From assembly GCA_965262725.1 (NCBI GenBank), contig OZ253555.1, positions 1,472,001 to 1,536,000 on the forward strand: 64,000 nt of DNA, written 5' to 3'. Shown piece by piece: positions 54,239 through 63,715 of this stretch. How positions within the stretch are numbered: the first letter of the stretch is position 1; each line of letters starts with the position of its first letter. A program made the translations under genes and the position numbers. The notes beneath the pieces were generated by a model. The model had not been told where the DNA came from and did no database searches. It saw only the letters and a list, made by a program, of their open reading frames with translations. This DNA is from Dehalococcoidia bacterium (lineage in GTDB: Bacteria; Chloroflexota; Dehalococcoidia; UBA2979).

Positions 54239-54581
54239 TCAGGCCGGAAGCGGTATCGCCCGTAGTCGCGCGAGCGCGGCTGCCAGCTGCCCGGCCCAGG
54301 GCCAGCGCTTCGGGAGGTGCAGGGTCCACCGCCGGGCAGAGTGGGTGAGCCGTCCGGCGAGAGAGAAGTAGCGTCGCCTGAGCGTCCTGGTCGTCACGAT
54401 CCCCTCGCCGAGCCCGAGGCGTGCCATCCAGCGGGCGAGGTTGTGCGCGATCACCTGCACCGCGAGCCACGCCGCGTTCGCGGCGAAGCGGCCCGAGGGG
54501 AGATGGTTCAACCCGACGCCGTACTTGAGGTCGCGGATCGCGTTCTCGATCTCGGCGTGACGGCGATGGTCGTGTTCCGAT
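54239..54581 (-). pseudogene. IS1380-family transposase, C-terminal fragment
   Basis: HRRHAEIENAIRDLKYG.GL.HLPSGRFAANAAW...TLRRR. Confidence 0.85.
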
Positions 54582-56208
54582 TGTCGTTGAGCAGCGATTC
54601 CGTCAGTAGTTAACGGAGCAGCGAATCTGTCAGTCCCCAGCCAGCGAGCAGGGGGTGACAGTGCAACAGTTCGAAGAGGCACGACGCTACGTACTCGACC
54701 GGGTGATCGCCGGAGATCTGCAGGTCTCGCAGGCCGCCGAGATCCTGAGCATCAGCGAGCGGCACGGGTGGCGGCTCCTCGCCGCCTACCGTGCGCGGGG
54801 AGCCGCGGCGCTCGCCCACGGCAACCGCCGGCGCCGGCCGCACAACGCCGTCCCGGCCGATGTCGCCTCGGCCGTGGTGCGCCTGGCCACCACCCGCTAC
54901 CCGGGAGCGAACCACACCCACCTCGCCGAGCTGCTGTGGGAGCACGAGGGCCTGGACGTGAGCAGTTGGACCGTCCGCCGGATCCTGGCGCGGGCCAGCA
55001 TCCCGAGTCCCCGCCGCCGCCGGCCGCCCGAGCACCGCGTCCGGCGTGAGCGGATGCCCCGCGAGGGGATGCTGCTCCAGGTCGATGGCAGCCATCACGC
55101 CTGGCTCGAGGGACGAGGCCCGCGCTTCGCCCTGCTGCTCGCCGTCGACGATGCGACCGGCGCAGCCGTGCACGCGCTCTTCCGCCCCACCGAGGACGCG
55201 CGCGGCTACTTCCTCCTGCTGGAGGAGGTCGTCCGCGGCTGCGGCATCCCGCTCGCCCTCTACAGTGACCGCCACGGCGTCTTCAAGGCCTCCCCCGACG
55301 GACGGCGCGGACTGAAGGTGTCCACCCAGTTCGCACGGGCGATGCGTGAACTGGGGATCACCCAGATCTTCGCGCGATCACCGCAGGCGAAGGGGCGCGT
55401 GGAACGTGCCGCAGGTACGTTCCAGGACCGGCTGGTGACCGAACTGCGCCACGCTTCCGCCTCCACCATCCCCGAGGCACACGCCGTACTCGAGCGCTTC
55501 CTGCCGCGCTTCAACGCCCGCTTCCGGATCCCGGCAGCGCAGCCCGTGGTGGCCTACCGCCCGCTCGATCCCGCGCTCCCCCTCGCGTCCATCCTGAGCT
55601 TCCGGCACCCCCGCACCGTCGCGCGCGACAACACCGTCAAGTACCACTGGCGCACGCTGCAGCTGCTGCCCGGGCCCGAGCGGAGAAGCTACGCCGGGAC
55701 GCAGGTCGAGGTGGTGGAGCGGCCGGCCGGCGAGCTCTCCGTCCAGCACCAGGGGGAGACGATCCCCTCACGCCCGGCACCGCCGCGCGCGGGCGTGCTG
55801 AGAGCGGTTCGCTCCGAGCTGACCCAGAACCCCGACCACGAGCGCATCGCCTCAGGGCTCGGCTCCGGCGGCGCGCTCCGGCGGCTGCCTGCACTCCTGG
55901 CTGCTGCGGCGGTGGATGCGACGCGCAACGGCGCTGCGGTCAGGTCGGAGACCAGCGGCAAGCAGCTCCGGGCTCCGACTCCTCGGCAGCTCGCCCGCTG
56001 GAAGGCGATCCAGCAGGCGCAGCTGCAGGGACTGTCCATGCGGGCGACCGCCAGGCTGCTCGGGATCTCCCGCGACACCGTCAGCAGCTACGTCCGCGCC
56101 AACGGCGTCCCTGGACGCCGGAACGGTGCCGCGGCATCCTCCGACGACCAGGGCGGTACTGACGGAGTCGCTGCTCCGTTGCACTGACGGAATCGCTGCT
56201 CGTCGACA
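54582..56208 (+). mobile_element. ISNCY/IS1202-like (IS481-related) element
   Basis: TIRs TGTCGTTGAGCAGCGATTCCGTCAGT / TGTCGACGAGCAGCGATTCCGTCAGT with subterminal repeats; no TSD. Confidence 0.88.
54655..56187 (+). CDS. DDE (rve) transposase with a C-terminal HTH
   Basis: LAHGNR, LQVDGSHH.W, AVDDATG, YSDRHG and SPQAKGRVER. Confidence 0.92.
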   Translation: MTVQQFEEARRYVLDRVIAGDLQVSQAAEILSISERHGWRLLAAYRARGAAALAHGNRRRRPHNAVPADVASAVVRLATTRYPGANHTHLAELLWEHEGLDVSSWTVRRILARASIPSPRRRRPPEHRVRRERMPREGMLLQVDGSHHAWLEGRGPRFALLLAVDDATGAAVHALFRPTEDARGYFLLLEEVVRGCGIPLALYSDRHGVFKASPDGRRGLKVSTQFARAMRELGITQIFARSPQAKGRVERAAGTFQDRLVTELRHASASTIPEAHAVLERFLPRFNARFRIPAAQPVVAYRPLDPALPLASILSFRHPRTVARDNTVKYHWRTLQLLPGPERRSYAGTQVEVVERPAGELSVQHQGETIPSRPAPPRAGVLRAVRSELTQNPDHERIASGLGSGGALRRLPALLAAAAVDATRNGAAVRSETSGKQLRAPTPRQLARWKAIQQAQLQGLSMRATARLLGISRDTVSSYVRANGVPGRRNGAAASSDDQGGTDGVAAPLH

Positions 56209-56647
56209 CCATCTGCTCACCGAGAACCGTCACGGCCTGGTGCTGGACGTGGAGCTGACCGAGGCGAACGGGTACGCCGAGCGCGAGGCGGCGGTCACGA
56301 TGCTGGAGCGCAGCGTGAGCGGCTGCGGGACGCTGGGCGCCGACCGCGGCTACGACACGCGCGACTTCGTGGCGGCGCTGCGCGCTCGCGGTGTGACGCC
56401 GCACGTGGCGCAGAACGACCGCCGCCGCCGCAGCGCCGTGGACGGGCGCACCACGCGGCATCGCGGCTACAGGCAGAGTCGGAAGCGACGCAAGATCGTG
56501 GAGCAGGTCTTTGGCTGGATGAAGACCGTGGGCGGCGGGCGCAAGCTGCGCTTCGTGGGCCGCGAGCGCAACCGCGGCTGGCTGGAGCTCACCGCCGCCG
56601 CCTACAACCTGGTGCGCATGGCCACGCTCGAGACCGCCGCGACGTAG
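56209..56647 (+). pseudogene. C-terminal fragment of an IS5-like transposase
   Basis: ENRHGLV, LGADRGYD, TPHVAQN, RKIVEQVFGWMK and AAYNLVRM; a right-end-like TTCTTCAGCACCCTGC ends at 56790. Confidence 0.8.
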
Positions 56648-56790
56648 GCGCAGTGCGCCCTCCGCCCCGCCGGGGAGCCCTCAGAGGCACCCGGGGCAGG
56701 TCAGGAGGCCACAATCACGAAGCCGGACGCGGCCTCAAGCCGCCCGGCACCGCTCCGAGGCTCCCGGAAGGAGCTTCTTCAGCACCCTGC

Positions 56791-57968
56791 TAGTGTCCTG
56801 ATTCGTAATAGCGACAGATAACGGGTATGGTGGCACAGCGGGGTTTTGCCCCATGGGGCAGACTCTGGAGTGTCATGAGCACCCGAATCGGACGGCCGAC
56901 GGTCGCGATCGTCCTGAGCGACGAGGAGCGTGAGACGCTGGAGCGGTGGGCGCGCCGGCCGACATCGGCCCAGGCGCTGGCGCTGCGCTGTCGCATCGTC
57001 CTGGCAGCGGCCGAGGGGACATCGAATAAAGCGATCGCCGCGGCGCTCGATTGCCATCCGGTCACCGTCGGCAAGTGGCGCCGGCGCTTTGCGCAGGGGC
57101 GGCTCGATGGGCTACAGGATGAGCCGCGCCCCGGGGCGCCGCGCACGATCGCCGATGCACAGGTGGAAGCGGTGATCGTCACGACGCTGGAGGAGCAGCC
57201 TCCCAACGCGACGCACTGGTCGACCCGATCGATGGCAGCCGCGGTCGGGATGTCGCAGTCGGCGATCTTCAGGATCTGGCGCGCCTTCGGCCTGAAGCCG
57301 CACCTCGTGGAGAGCTTCAAGCTGTCGCCCGACCCGCAGTTCATCGACAAGGTGCGCGACGTGGCCGGGCTCTATCTCAACCCGCCCGACGCGGCGGTTG
57401 TGCTGTGCGTGGACGAGAAGACCCAGATCCAGGCACTCGACCGCACCGCGCCGACGGTGCCGATGATGCCCGGCGTCCCCGCCCGCCAGACGCACGACTA
57501 CATCCGTCACGGCACGACGAACCTCTACGCGGCGCTCGATGTCGCCTCGGGATGCGTGATCACGGAGATGACCCCCCGGCACCGGGCTCGGGAGTTCCAG
57601 CAGTTCCTCGCCCTCATCGACCAAAGCGTTCCCCGTGAGCTGGCGGTGCATGTCGTGCTCGACAACGTCTCCACGCACCGCACGCCCGCCATCCAGCGCT
57701 GGCTCCAGCGCCATCCCCGCTTCACCTTCCATTTCACGCCGACCTACAGCTCCTGGATGAACCTCGTGGAGCGCTGGTTTGCAGAGCTCACCAGCAAGTG
57801 GCTCCGGCGCGGCACGCACCATAGCGTCCCTGATCTGATCCGCTCAGTGGAGATGTGGGTCGCCAGCTGGAACGAGAATCCGAGGCCCTTCATCTGGCAC
57901 AAGTCCGCGGACCAGATCCTTGACAACCTCGCCGGATATCTAGAGCGCATCCCTGAATCGGGACACTA
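56791..57968 (+). mobile_element. IS630-family element
   Basis: TIRs TAGTGTCCTGATTC / TAGTGTCCCGATTC; TA duplication in a CTAG context. Confidence 0.92.
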
Positions 57969-57969
57969 G
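56875..57969 (+). CDS. IS630 transposase
   Basis: LALRCRIVL, THWSTRSMA, VDEKTQIQAL, VLDN and SSWMNLVERWF. Confidence 0.95.
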   Translation: MSTRIGRPTVAIVLSDEERETLERWARRPTSAQALALRCRIVLAAAEGTSNKAIAAALDCHPVTVGKWRRRFAQGRLDGLQDEPRPGAPRTIADAQVEAVIVTTLEEQPPNATHWSTRSMAAAVGMSQSAIFRIWRAFGLKPHLVESFKLSPDPQFIDKVRDVAGLYLNPPDAAVVLCVDEKTQIQALDRTAPTVPMMPGVPARQTHDYIRHGTTNLYAALDVASGCVITEMTPRHRAREFQQFLALIDQSVPRELAVHVVLDNVSTHRTPAIQRWLQRHPRFTFHFTPTYSSWMNLVERWFAELTSKWLRRGTHHSVPDLIRSVEMWVASWNENPRPFIWHKSADQILDNLAGYLERIPESGH

Positions 57970-58104
57970 ACTCCGGTCTGCATGCGCGGCGAGCGGCTTG
58001 GCGCCTGGCGGCGGACATAGCGCCCGGGCGCCGGACCGGACCCCATCCGGCCGCCTGAGGCCCAGGGCTGGTGGTCTTGGGAGGGCGCCATCGACTCGAT
58101 AGCG

Positions 58105-59370
58105 GTGTCCCCGGCGGCGCGTGTCGAAGCCGAGATCGATCTCCCGGGATCGAAGAGCTACAGCAACCGCGCTCTCCTGTTGGCTTCGCTCGGCGAGGGG
58201 CGTTCGGAGCTCATGCGCGCGCTCTTTTCCGACGACACGCGATACATGCATCGGGCCTTGACCGCGCTCGGGATTCGGGTCGACGCGGACGAATGCGGGC
58301 AGCGGTACGAGGTGGAGGGGGGTGCTGGCGCGTTCCCGTCCCGCGGCGCTGCGCTGTCGGTCGGCAACGCCGGCACAGCGGCGCGATTTCTTACGGCTGC
58401 GCTGGCGATCGGCGACGGGGTCTTCTCCGTGGACGGCTCCTCTCGCATGCGCGGGCGGCCCATCGAACCTCTCCTCAACGGCCTGCGCCAGCTGGGCGTC
58501 GACGTCAGGTCCCGGTTCGGAAACGGGTGCCCGCCGGTTGACATTCGCGCTAGCGGCATCCCCGGTGGTCGAGCCCGGGTGAAGGGGGACATCTCGAGCC
58601 AGTTCCTGAGCGCGCTCCTGATGGCAGCCCCCTATGCGCGACGTGACGTGTCGCTGGAGGTGGACGGCGACCTCGTATCCGCACCCTACGTCGACCTCAC
58701 GCTGGACGCGATGCGCGCGTTCGGCGTGCACGTTGACCGCGACGGCGATCATCGCTTCCGGGTCGCCGCGGGCCAGCGATACCGTGGTCGGGCGTACGAG
58801 ATCGAGCCGGACGCGTCAGGCGCCTCGTACTTCTTCGCGGCCGCGGCGGTGACCGGCGGGCACGTGAGGGTGCTCCGCCTGGGACGAGGCTCCGCGCAGG
58901 GAGATCTGGGGCTGCTCGACGTTCTGGAGCGCATGGGATGCACGGTCTCCCGCGACCGCGATGCCATCGATCTGTGGGGACCGGAACGGCTTCGGGCCGT
59001 CGATGCGGACTTCACGCGGATGGGCGATGTCGCCACGACACTCATGGCGATCGCGCCGTTCGCCGACGGACCCGTGACGATTCGGGGCATTGCGCAAACT
59101 CACTATGAAGAGAGCGACCGGCCGGTGGCGGCGGTAACGGAGCTTCGCAGGATGGGAATCCGGGTCGAGGCGGAGTGGGACAGCGTCACCGTCTATCCGG
59201 GCCTGCCACAACCCATCGAGGTGGCTACATACGATGATCACCGCATCGCCATGAGCTTCGCGTTGGTCGGGCTACGAGTCGCCGGGATCACAATCGCCGA
59301 CCCGGGTTGCGTCACGAAGACATTTCCTTCGTTCTTCCGCGAACTCGGACGAATTGCATCCGTGGACTGA
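58105..59370 (+). CDS. aroA: 3-phosphoshikimate 1-carboxyvinyltransferase
   Basis: LPGSKS..NR, GNAGTAARF, RP, SSQFLSALL, ESDR and DHRIAMSF. Confidence 0.96.
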   Translation: MSPAARVEAEIDLPGSKSYSNRALLLASLGEGRSELMRALFSDDTRYMHRALTALGIRVDADECGQRYEVEGGAGAFPSRGAALSVGNAGTAARFLTAALAIGDGVFSVDGSSRMRGRPIEPLLNGLRQLGVDVRSRFGNGCPPVDIRASGIPGGRARVKGDISSQFLSALLMAAPYARRDVSLEVDGDLVSAPYVDLTLDAMRAFGVHVDRDGDHRFRVAAGQRYRGRAYEIEPDASGASYFFAAAAVTGGHVRVLRLGRGSAQGDLGLLDVLERMGCTVSRDRDAIDLWGPERLRAVDADFTRMGDVATTLMAIAPFADGPVTIRGIAQTHYEESDRPVAAVTELRRMGIRVEAEWDSVTVYPGLPQPIEVATYDDHRIAMSFALVGLRVAGITIADPGCVTKTFPSFFRELGRIASVD

Positions 59371-59603
59371 GACGCTTCTCCGCGAAGGAGGGGCTTCCGG
59401 CAGCATCGGAGCTGTCACCGTCGCGTGGCCCTCGGGATGTGCCGCGTCGCGTGATGTCGAGGCGATGGTGTATGACGCTGCGGTCGTGCGAAGAGGGGTG
59501 CGCGAGGTTGTATCTGGCGCTCTCATTCCTAGGCTCTGACTGCGGTGCATCTCGCTACGGCATGCGCATCGGGATACGTCTGCGCCGTGCGCGAATCGCG
59601 GGA

Positions 59604-59626
59604 GTTGATCCCCATTTGATCCCCAA
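59604..59626 (-). promoter_or_regulatory. putative integrase arm-type binding sites
   Basis: TTGGGGATCAAATGGGGATCAAC about 70 bp past the tRNA 3' end. Confidence 0.55.
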
Positions 59627-59695
59627 CTGATCAGGTACGTGATCGCCACGTGAGGTTTCACAGAACATAATTACTAGTTAATTCTAGGTAAAGGT

Positions 59696-59770
59696 TGGTA
59701 GCAGGGGCAGGATTCGAACCTGCGACCAAGGGCTTATGAATCCCCTGCTCTACCACTGAGCTACCCTGCC
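59696..59770 (-). tRNA. tRNA-Met (CAT), elongator-type; Ile2 not excluded
   Basis: GGCAGGGTAGCTCAGTGGTAGAGCAGGGGATTCATAAGCCCTTGGTCGCAGGTTCGAATCCTGCCCCTGCTACCA forms a cloverleaf with encoded CCA. Confidence 0.95.
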
Positions 59771-60073
59771 GGGCTCTCGGGAGGCGCCGGGGCGCCGTCC
59801 GCGAGCCGAGTCTACACGCGGCGCGGCTCGGTCGCTCCCATCCAGCCGACCTGCTCCTTCTCTCTACGTCGCGGGCCGCCGGGACGGGAGCCCGGTCCGT
59901 CGATGGGTCTCTAAGTCGGGAGCAATCGCGAGCCGAGACGCCCGCCCGCGTGCCGGTGTGCCCGGCTCCAGATGTCGAGGGAGGGCGGCTCGCGCGTGTC
60001 CAGCGTAGGACGGGCGGGCTGTATCATCTGGTCGTCGACGCGCTAGGCGGCGCTCGGCGAAGGAGGTGAGGGA

Positions 60074-61528
60074 GTGGCGCGATTTGACACCGTGGTGACC
60101 GGCGGGGACCTCGTCATCCCGCACGTCGGCACCATCCGCGCCGACCTGGGCATCCGTGACGGGCGCATCGCCGCGATCGAGGATGCGATCCCCTCGACCG
60201 AAGGTGACCAGGTGATCGACGCGCGGGGCCGCGTGGTCGCACCCGGTGCGGTCGATGCGCACTTCCATATCGGGATCTACAGGCCCATCGAGGAGGATGC
60301 CGAGAGCGAGACCCGGTCCTCCCTCGTCGGCGGTGTGACCTCGGTGATCAGCTACTTCCGCACGGGAAGCCACTACCTGAACCGGAGCGGCTCCTACCGC
60401 GAGATCCTGCCCCAGGTCATCGAGCGCACCAGCGGGCACTCCTACACCGATTTCTCGTACCACATCGGCATCATGGAGGAGTCCCAGCTCGACGAGATCC
60501 CCTGGCTCGTCGAGCAGGGCATCGGTTCCTTCAAGTTCTTCATGTTCTACAAGGGGCTCAATCTCGAGGGAAGCTCGACGGACGGGCGCGCCCTCACGAT
60601 GGCCGAGAACTACGACCTCGGCCACCTCTACCGCTACATGGTGCGCGTGCGCGAGGCGGCGACCCGGCACGCCGCGGCGGGCCGGATCTCACTCTCGTTG
60701 CACTGCGAGCAGTCGGAGCTGCTGCGGATCTTCATCGAGGACGTGCAGGCGAAGGGCATCGATGGCCTTGAGGGCTACCACCTCGCGCGGCCGCCGCTGA
60801 CGGAGCGGCTTGCGATCAGCGAAGCCGGCGTTCTGATCGAGGCGACACGGTGCCCGGTCAACTTTCTTCACCTCTCGAGCGCGCTCGCCTTCCAGACGGC
60901 TGACGAATTCCGGCGCTCGCACCCCGATACCGACCTGAGGCTCGAGACGACGCTGCACCACCTCGCGCTCACGTGGCAGACCGCGGCGGGCGGGCTTCAG
61001 GGGAAGGTCAATCCGCCGATCCGCGAGCAGGCGGATAACGACGCGCTGTGGGCCGCCGTGATGGATGGCCGCATCGACCACGTCGTCTCCGACCACGCCT
61101 GCTGCTTCGAGGAGGACAAGGCCGATCTGTGGGGCGCGAAGGCCGGCTTCGGCGGCACGGCGCTGCTCTACCCGCTCCTCATCTCCGACGGCTACCACAA
61201 GCGAGGGCTTCCGCTTCACCGCGTCGCCGAGCTGGTCTCGGCGAGCCCGGCTCGCTCCTTCGGGCTCTACCCCCGCAAGGGGACGATCGCCGTCGGCTCG
61301 GATGCCGACCTCGCCATCATCGATCTCGACAAGGAGCAGGCCATCACGAGCGAGCTCCTCCTGGCGGCGCAGGACTTCACGCCGTTCGAGGGATATGCGG
61401 TGAAGGGCTGGCCGGTGATGACGATTCGACGCGGCGAGCTCATGTACCGCGACGGCGCCGTGCTCGGCGGCACGACGGGCGAGTTCCTCCGGCGCCCCCA
61501 CGCGCTGGATGCCGCGAGGGCAGGCTAG
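60074..61528 (+). CDS. cyclic amidohydrolase (dihydroorotase/allantoinase/hydantoinase family)
   Basis: DAHFH, GGVT, SFKFFM, KVNPPIR, SDH and KGTIAVGSDAD. Confidence 0.9.
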   Translation: MARFDTVVTGGDLVIPHVGTIRADLGIRDGRIAAIEDAIPSTEGDQVIDARGRVVAPGAVDAHFHIGIYRPIEEDAESETRSSLVGGVTSVISYFRTGSHYLNRSGSYREILPQVIERTSGHSYTDFSYHIGIMEESQLDEIPWLVEQGIGSFKFFMFYKGLNLEGSSTDGRALTMAENYDLGHLYRYMVRVREAATRHAAAGRISLSLHCEQSELLRIFIEDVQAKGIDGLEGYHLARPPLTERLAISEAGVLIEATRCPVNFLHLSSALAFQTADEFRRSHPDTDLRLETTLHHLALTWQTAAGGLQGKVNPPIREQADNDALWAAVMDGRIDHVVSDHACCFEEDKADLWGAKAGFGGTALLYPLLISDGYHKRGLPLHRVAELVSASPARSFGLYPRKGTIAVGSDADLAIIDLDKEQAITSELLLAAQDFTPFEGYAVKGWPVMTIRRGELMYRDGAVLGGTTGEFLRRPHALDAARAG

Positions 61529-61530
61529 CC

Positions 61531-62757
61531 GTGGCCCCGATCGAGGGAGCGTCGTCCGGCAGCGGCGGCCCTAGGGGCCTTGCCGGTGTTCGCGTCGTGG
61601 ATGCCGCGACGCTCTTCGCGGGCCCGCTGATGGCGACCGTGCTCGGCGACTTCGGCGCGGATGTCATCAAGGTGGAACACCCGACCCGTGGCGACCCGGT
61701 CCGGGATCACGGGGAGAGCAAGGACGGCCACGGGCTATGGTGGAAGCAGATGTCGCGCAACAAGCGCGCCATCTCGCTCAACCTTTCGAACGAGACCGGC
61801 CAGGAGTTGATGCTGGAGCTCCTGAAGACGGCCGACGTCTTCATCGAGAATTTCCGCCCCGGCACCCTGGAGCGGTGGAACCTCTCGCCCGAGATGCTCC
61901 TTGAGGTGAATCCGCGCCTGATCATCATGCGCTGCACCGGCTTCGGGCAGTTCGGCCCCTATGCGAGTCGGCCGGGGTTCGGCACGCTCGCAGAGGCGAT
62001 GAGCGGCTTCGCCGCCATCACGGGCCTGCCCGACGGGCCTCCGACATTGCCGCCGTTCGGGCTCGCGGACGGTATCGCCGGGCTCGCCGGTGCCAACGCG
62101 CTTCTGATCGCGCTCTACTGGCGAGACGCGCAGGGCGGCCGCGGTCAGGTGATCGACCTCGCGCTGATCGAGCCGATCCTGACGGTCCTCGGCGCCCAGC
62201 CCATCATCTACCAGCAGCTGGGCCTCAAGCAGACCCGGCACGGCAACCGCTCCGTCAACAACGCGCCCCGCAACACCTACGAGACGCGTGACGGGCGGTG
62301 GGTTGCCGTCTCGACGAGTGCGCAGGCGATCGCCGAGCGCGTGATGCACCTGGTGGGCCACCCTGAGGTCATAGACGAGCCGTGGTTTGCCGGAGGCGTG
62401 AGCCGGGCCAGGCATGCCGACGAACTCGACGAGATGGTCGGAAGCTGGATCGCTCAGCGCGATTTCGACGACGTGGTCGCGAAGTTCGAGGAGGCGCAGG
62501 CTGCAGTCGCGCCGATCTACGACGTTGAGGACATTCTCAACGACCCACAGTTCCAGGCGCTCGACTCGATCACCACGGTCGACGATCCGGACCTCGGACC
62601 GCTGCGCATGCAGAACGTGATGTTCCGGATGTCGGAGACGCCCGGTGAGATTCGCTTCCCCGGTCGCCCCCGCGGCTCCGACAACGAGGAAGTCTTCGGC
62701 GAGCTCGGCGTGACCCCGCAGCAGCTCGCGGAGCTCCGCGAGCGGGGCGCCGTCTAG
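61531..62757 (+). CDS. CaiB/BaiF family III CoA-transferase
   Basis: AGP...LGDFGADVIKVE, RNKR, ENFRPG and GFGQFGPY. Confidence 0.93.
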   Translation: MAPIEGASSGSGGPRGLAGVRVVDAATLFAGPLMATVLGDFGADVIKVEHPTRGDPVRDHGESKDGHGLWWKQMSRNKRAISLNLSNETGQELMLELLKTADVFIENFRPGTLERWNLSPEMLLEVNPRLIIMRCTGFGQFGPYASRPGFGTLAEAMSGFAAITGLPDGPPTLPPFGLADGIAGLAGANALLIALYWRDAQGGRGQVIDLALIEPILTVLGAQPIIYQQLGLKQTRHGNRSVNNAPRNTYETRDGRWVAVSTSAQAIAERVMHLVGHPEVIDEPWFAGGVSRARHADELDEMVGSWIAQRDFDDVVAKFEEAQAAVAPIYDVEDILNDPQFQALDSITTVDDPDLGPLRMQNVMFRMSETPGEIRFPGRPRGSDNEEVFGELGVTPQQLAELRERGAV

Positions 62758-62761
62758 GCTC

Positions 62762-63691
62762 GTGGCTGGCGAGCGGCCGGACGGCCTCGCCCCTCTGCGC
62801 CCGGTCCGCAGTCATCTCTATGCGCCCGGCAACAGCGAGAAGCTGCTGGACCGCGTGATGTCGGCGGGCGCCGACGCCGTCGTGCTCGACCTCGAGGATG
62901 CGGTGCCGCCGCCGGAGAAGGAGCGGGCTCGCGAGCTGGTGGCGGCGACTGTCCGTGCACGCGCGGCCGATCCGGATCCGCTCGTCTTCGTCCGCGTCAA
63001 CCATCCGTCGACGGGACTGACCGCCAACGAGGTGGCGTCCGTCGTGTGCGCCGGCATCGCCGGCATCCGCGTGCCCAAGACGGAGAGCGCCGGCGACGTG
63101 CGACAGGTTGCGACATGGATCGCGAAGGCGGAGCGTGAGGTCGGGCTGCCCGCCGGCTCCGTGGCGCTCATCCCCATCATCGAGAGCGCGAAGGGCGCGT
63201 GGCGGGCCGAGGAGATAGCAGGCGCCGATCCGCGCGTGCTCGCGCTCGCCTACGGCGCTGCCGATTTCGTGCGGGATCTCGACGCCAGGCCCGGCGCGGG
63301 CGGCACGGAGACCCTCTACGCCCGCTCGCGGCTGGTGCTCGCTTCGAGGGTCGCGGGAGTGCGGCCTCCCATCGATTCGGTGCTGACGAGGCTCGACGAC
63401 GAGGCGGCGCTCCGCGCCGAGGCGGCGCAGGCGCGCGCGCTCGGCTACTTCGGCAAGTCGGCGATCCATCCGCGCCAGCTCCCCGCGATCCACGAGGCGT
63501 TCACTCCGACTGCGGAGGAAGTCGCTCACGCCCGCGCCATCCTCTCTGCCCAGGACGCGGCAGAGCGCACCGGCTCCGGTGCGACCACCACCGCGGCGGC
63601 GGGAGGTGCGGGGCGCGAGTTCGTGGATGTGGCGGTCGTGCGTCGCGCCAGGCAGACGCTCGAGCTCGCGGAGCGGCTCGGCGTCGGCTAG
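62762..63691 (+). CDS. CitE-like CoA-ester lyase (HpcH/HpaI family)
   Basis: RSHLYAPG, DLEDAV, VRVN, IIESA, GAAD and GKSAIHPRQ. Confidence 0.92.
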   Translation: MAGERPDGLAPLRPVRSHLYAPGNSEKLLDRVMSAGADAVVLDLEDAVPPPEKERARELVAATVRARAADPDPLVFVRVNHPSTGLTANEVASVVCAGIAGIRVPKTESAGDVRQVATWIAKAEREVGLPAGSVALIPIIESAKGAWRAEEIAGADPRVLALAYGAADFVRDLDARPGAGGTETLYARSRLVLASRVAGVRPPIDSVLTRLDDEAALRAEAAQARALGYFGKSAIHPRQLPAIHEAFTPTAEEVAHARAILSAQDAAERTGSGATTTAAAGGAGREFVDVAVVRRARQTLELAERLGVG

Positions 63692-63715
63692 CGCGACGGA
63701 GGGTGGGAGGCGGCG

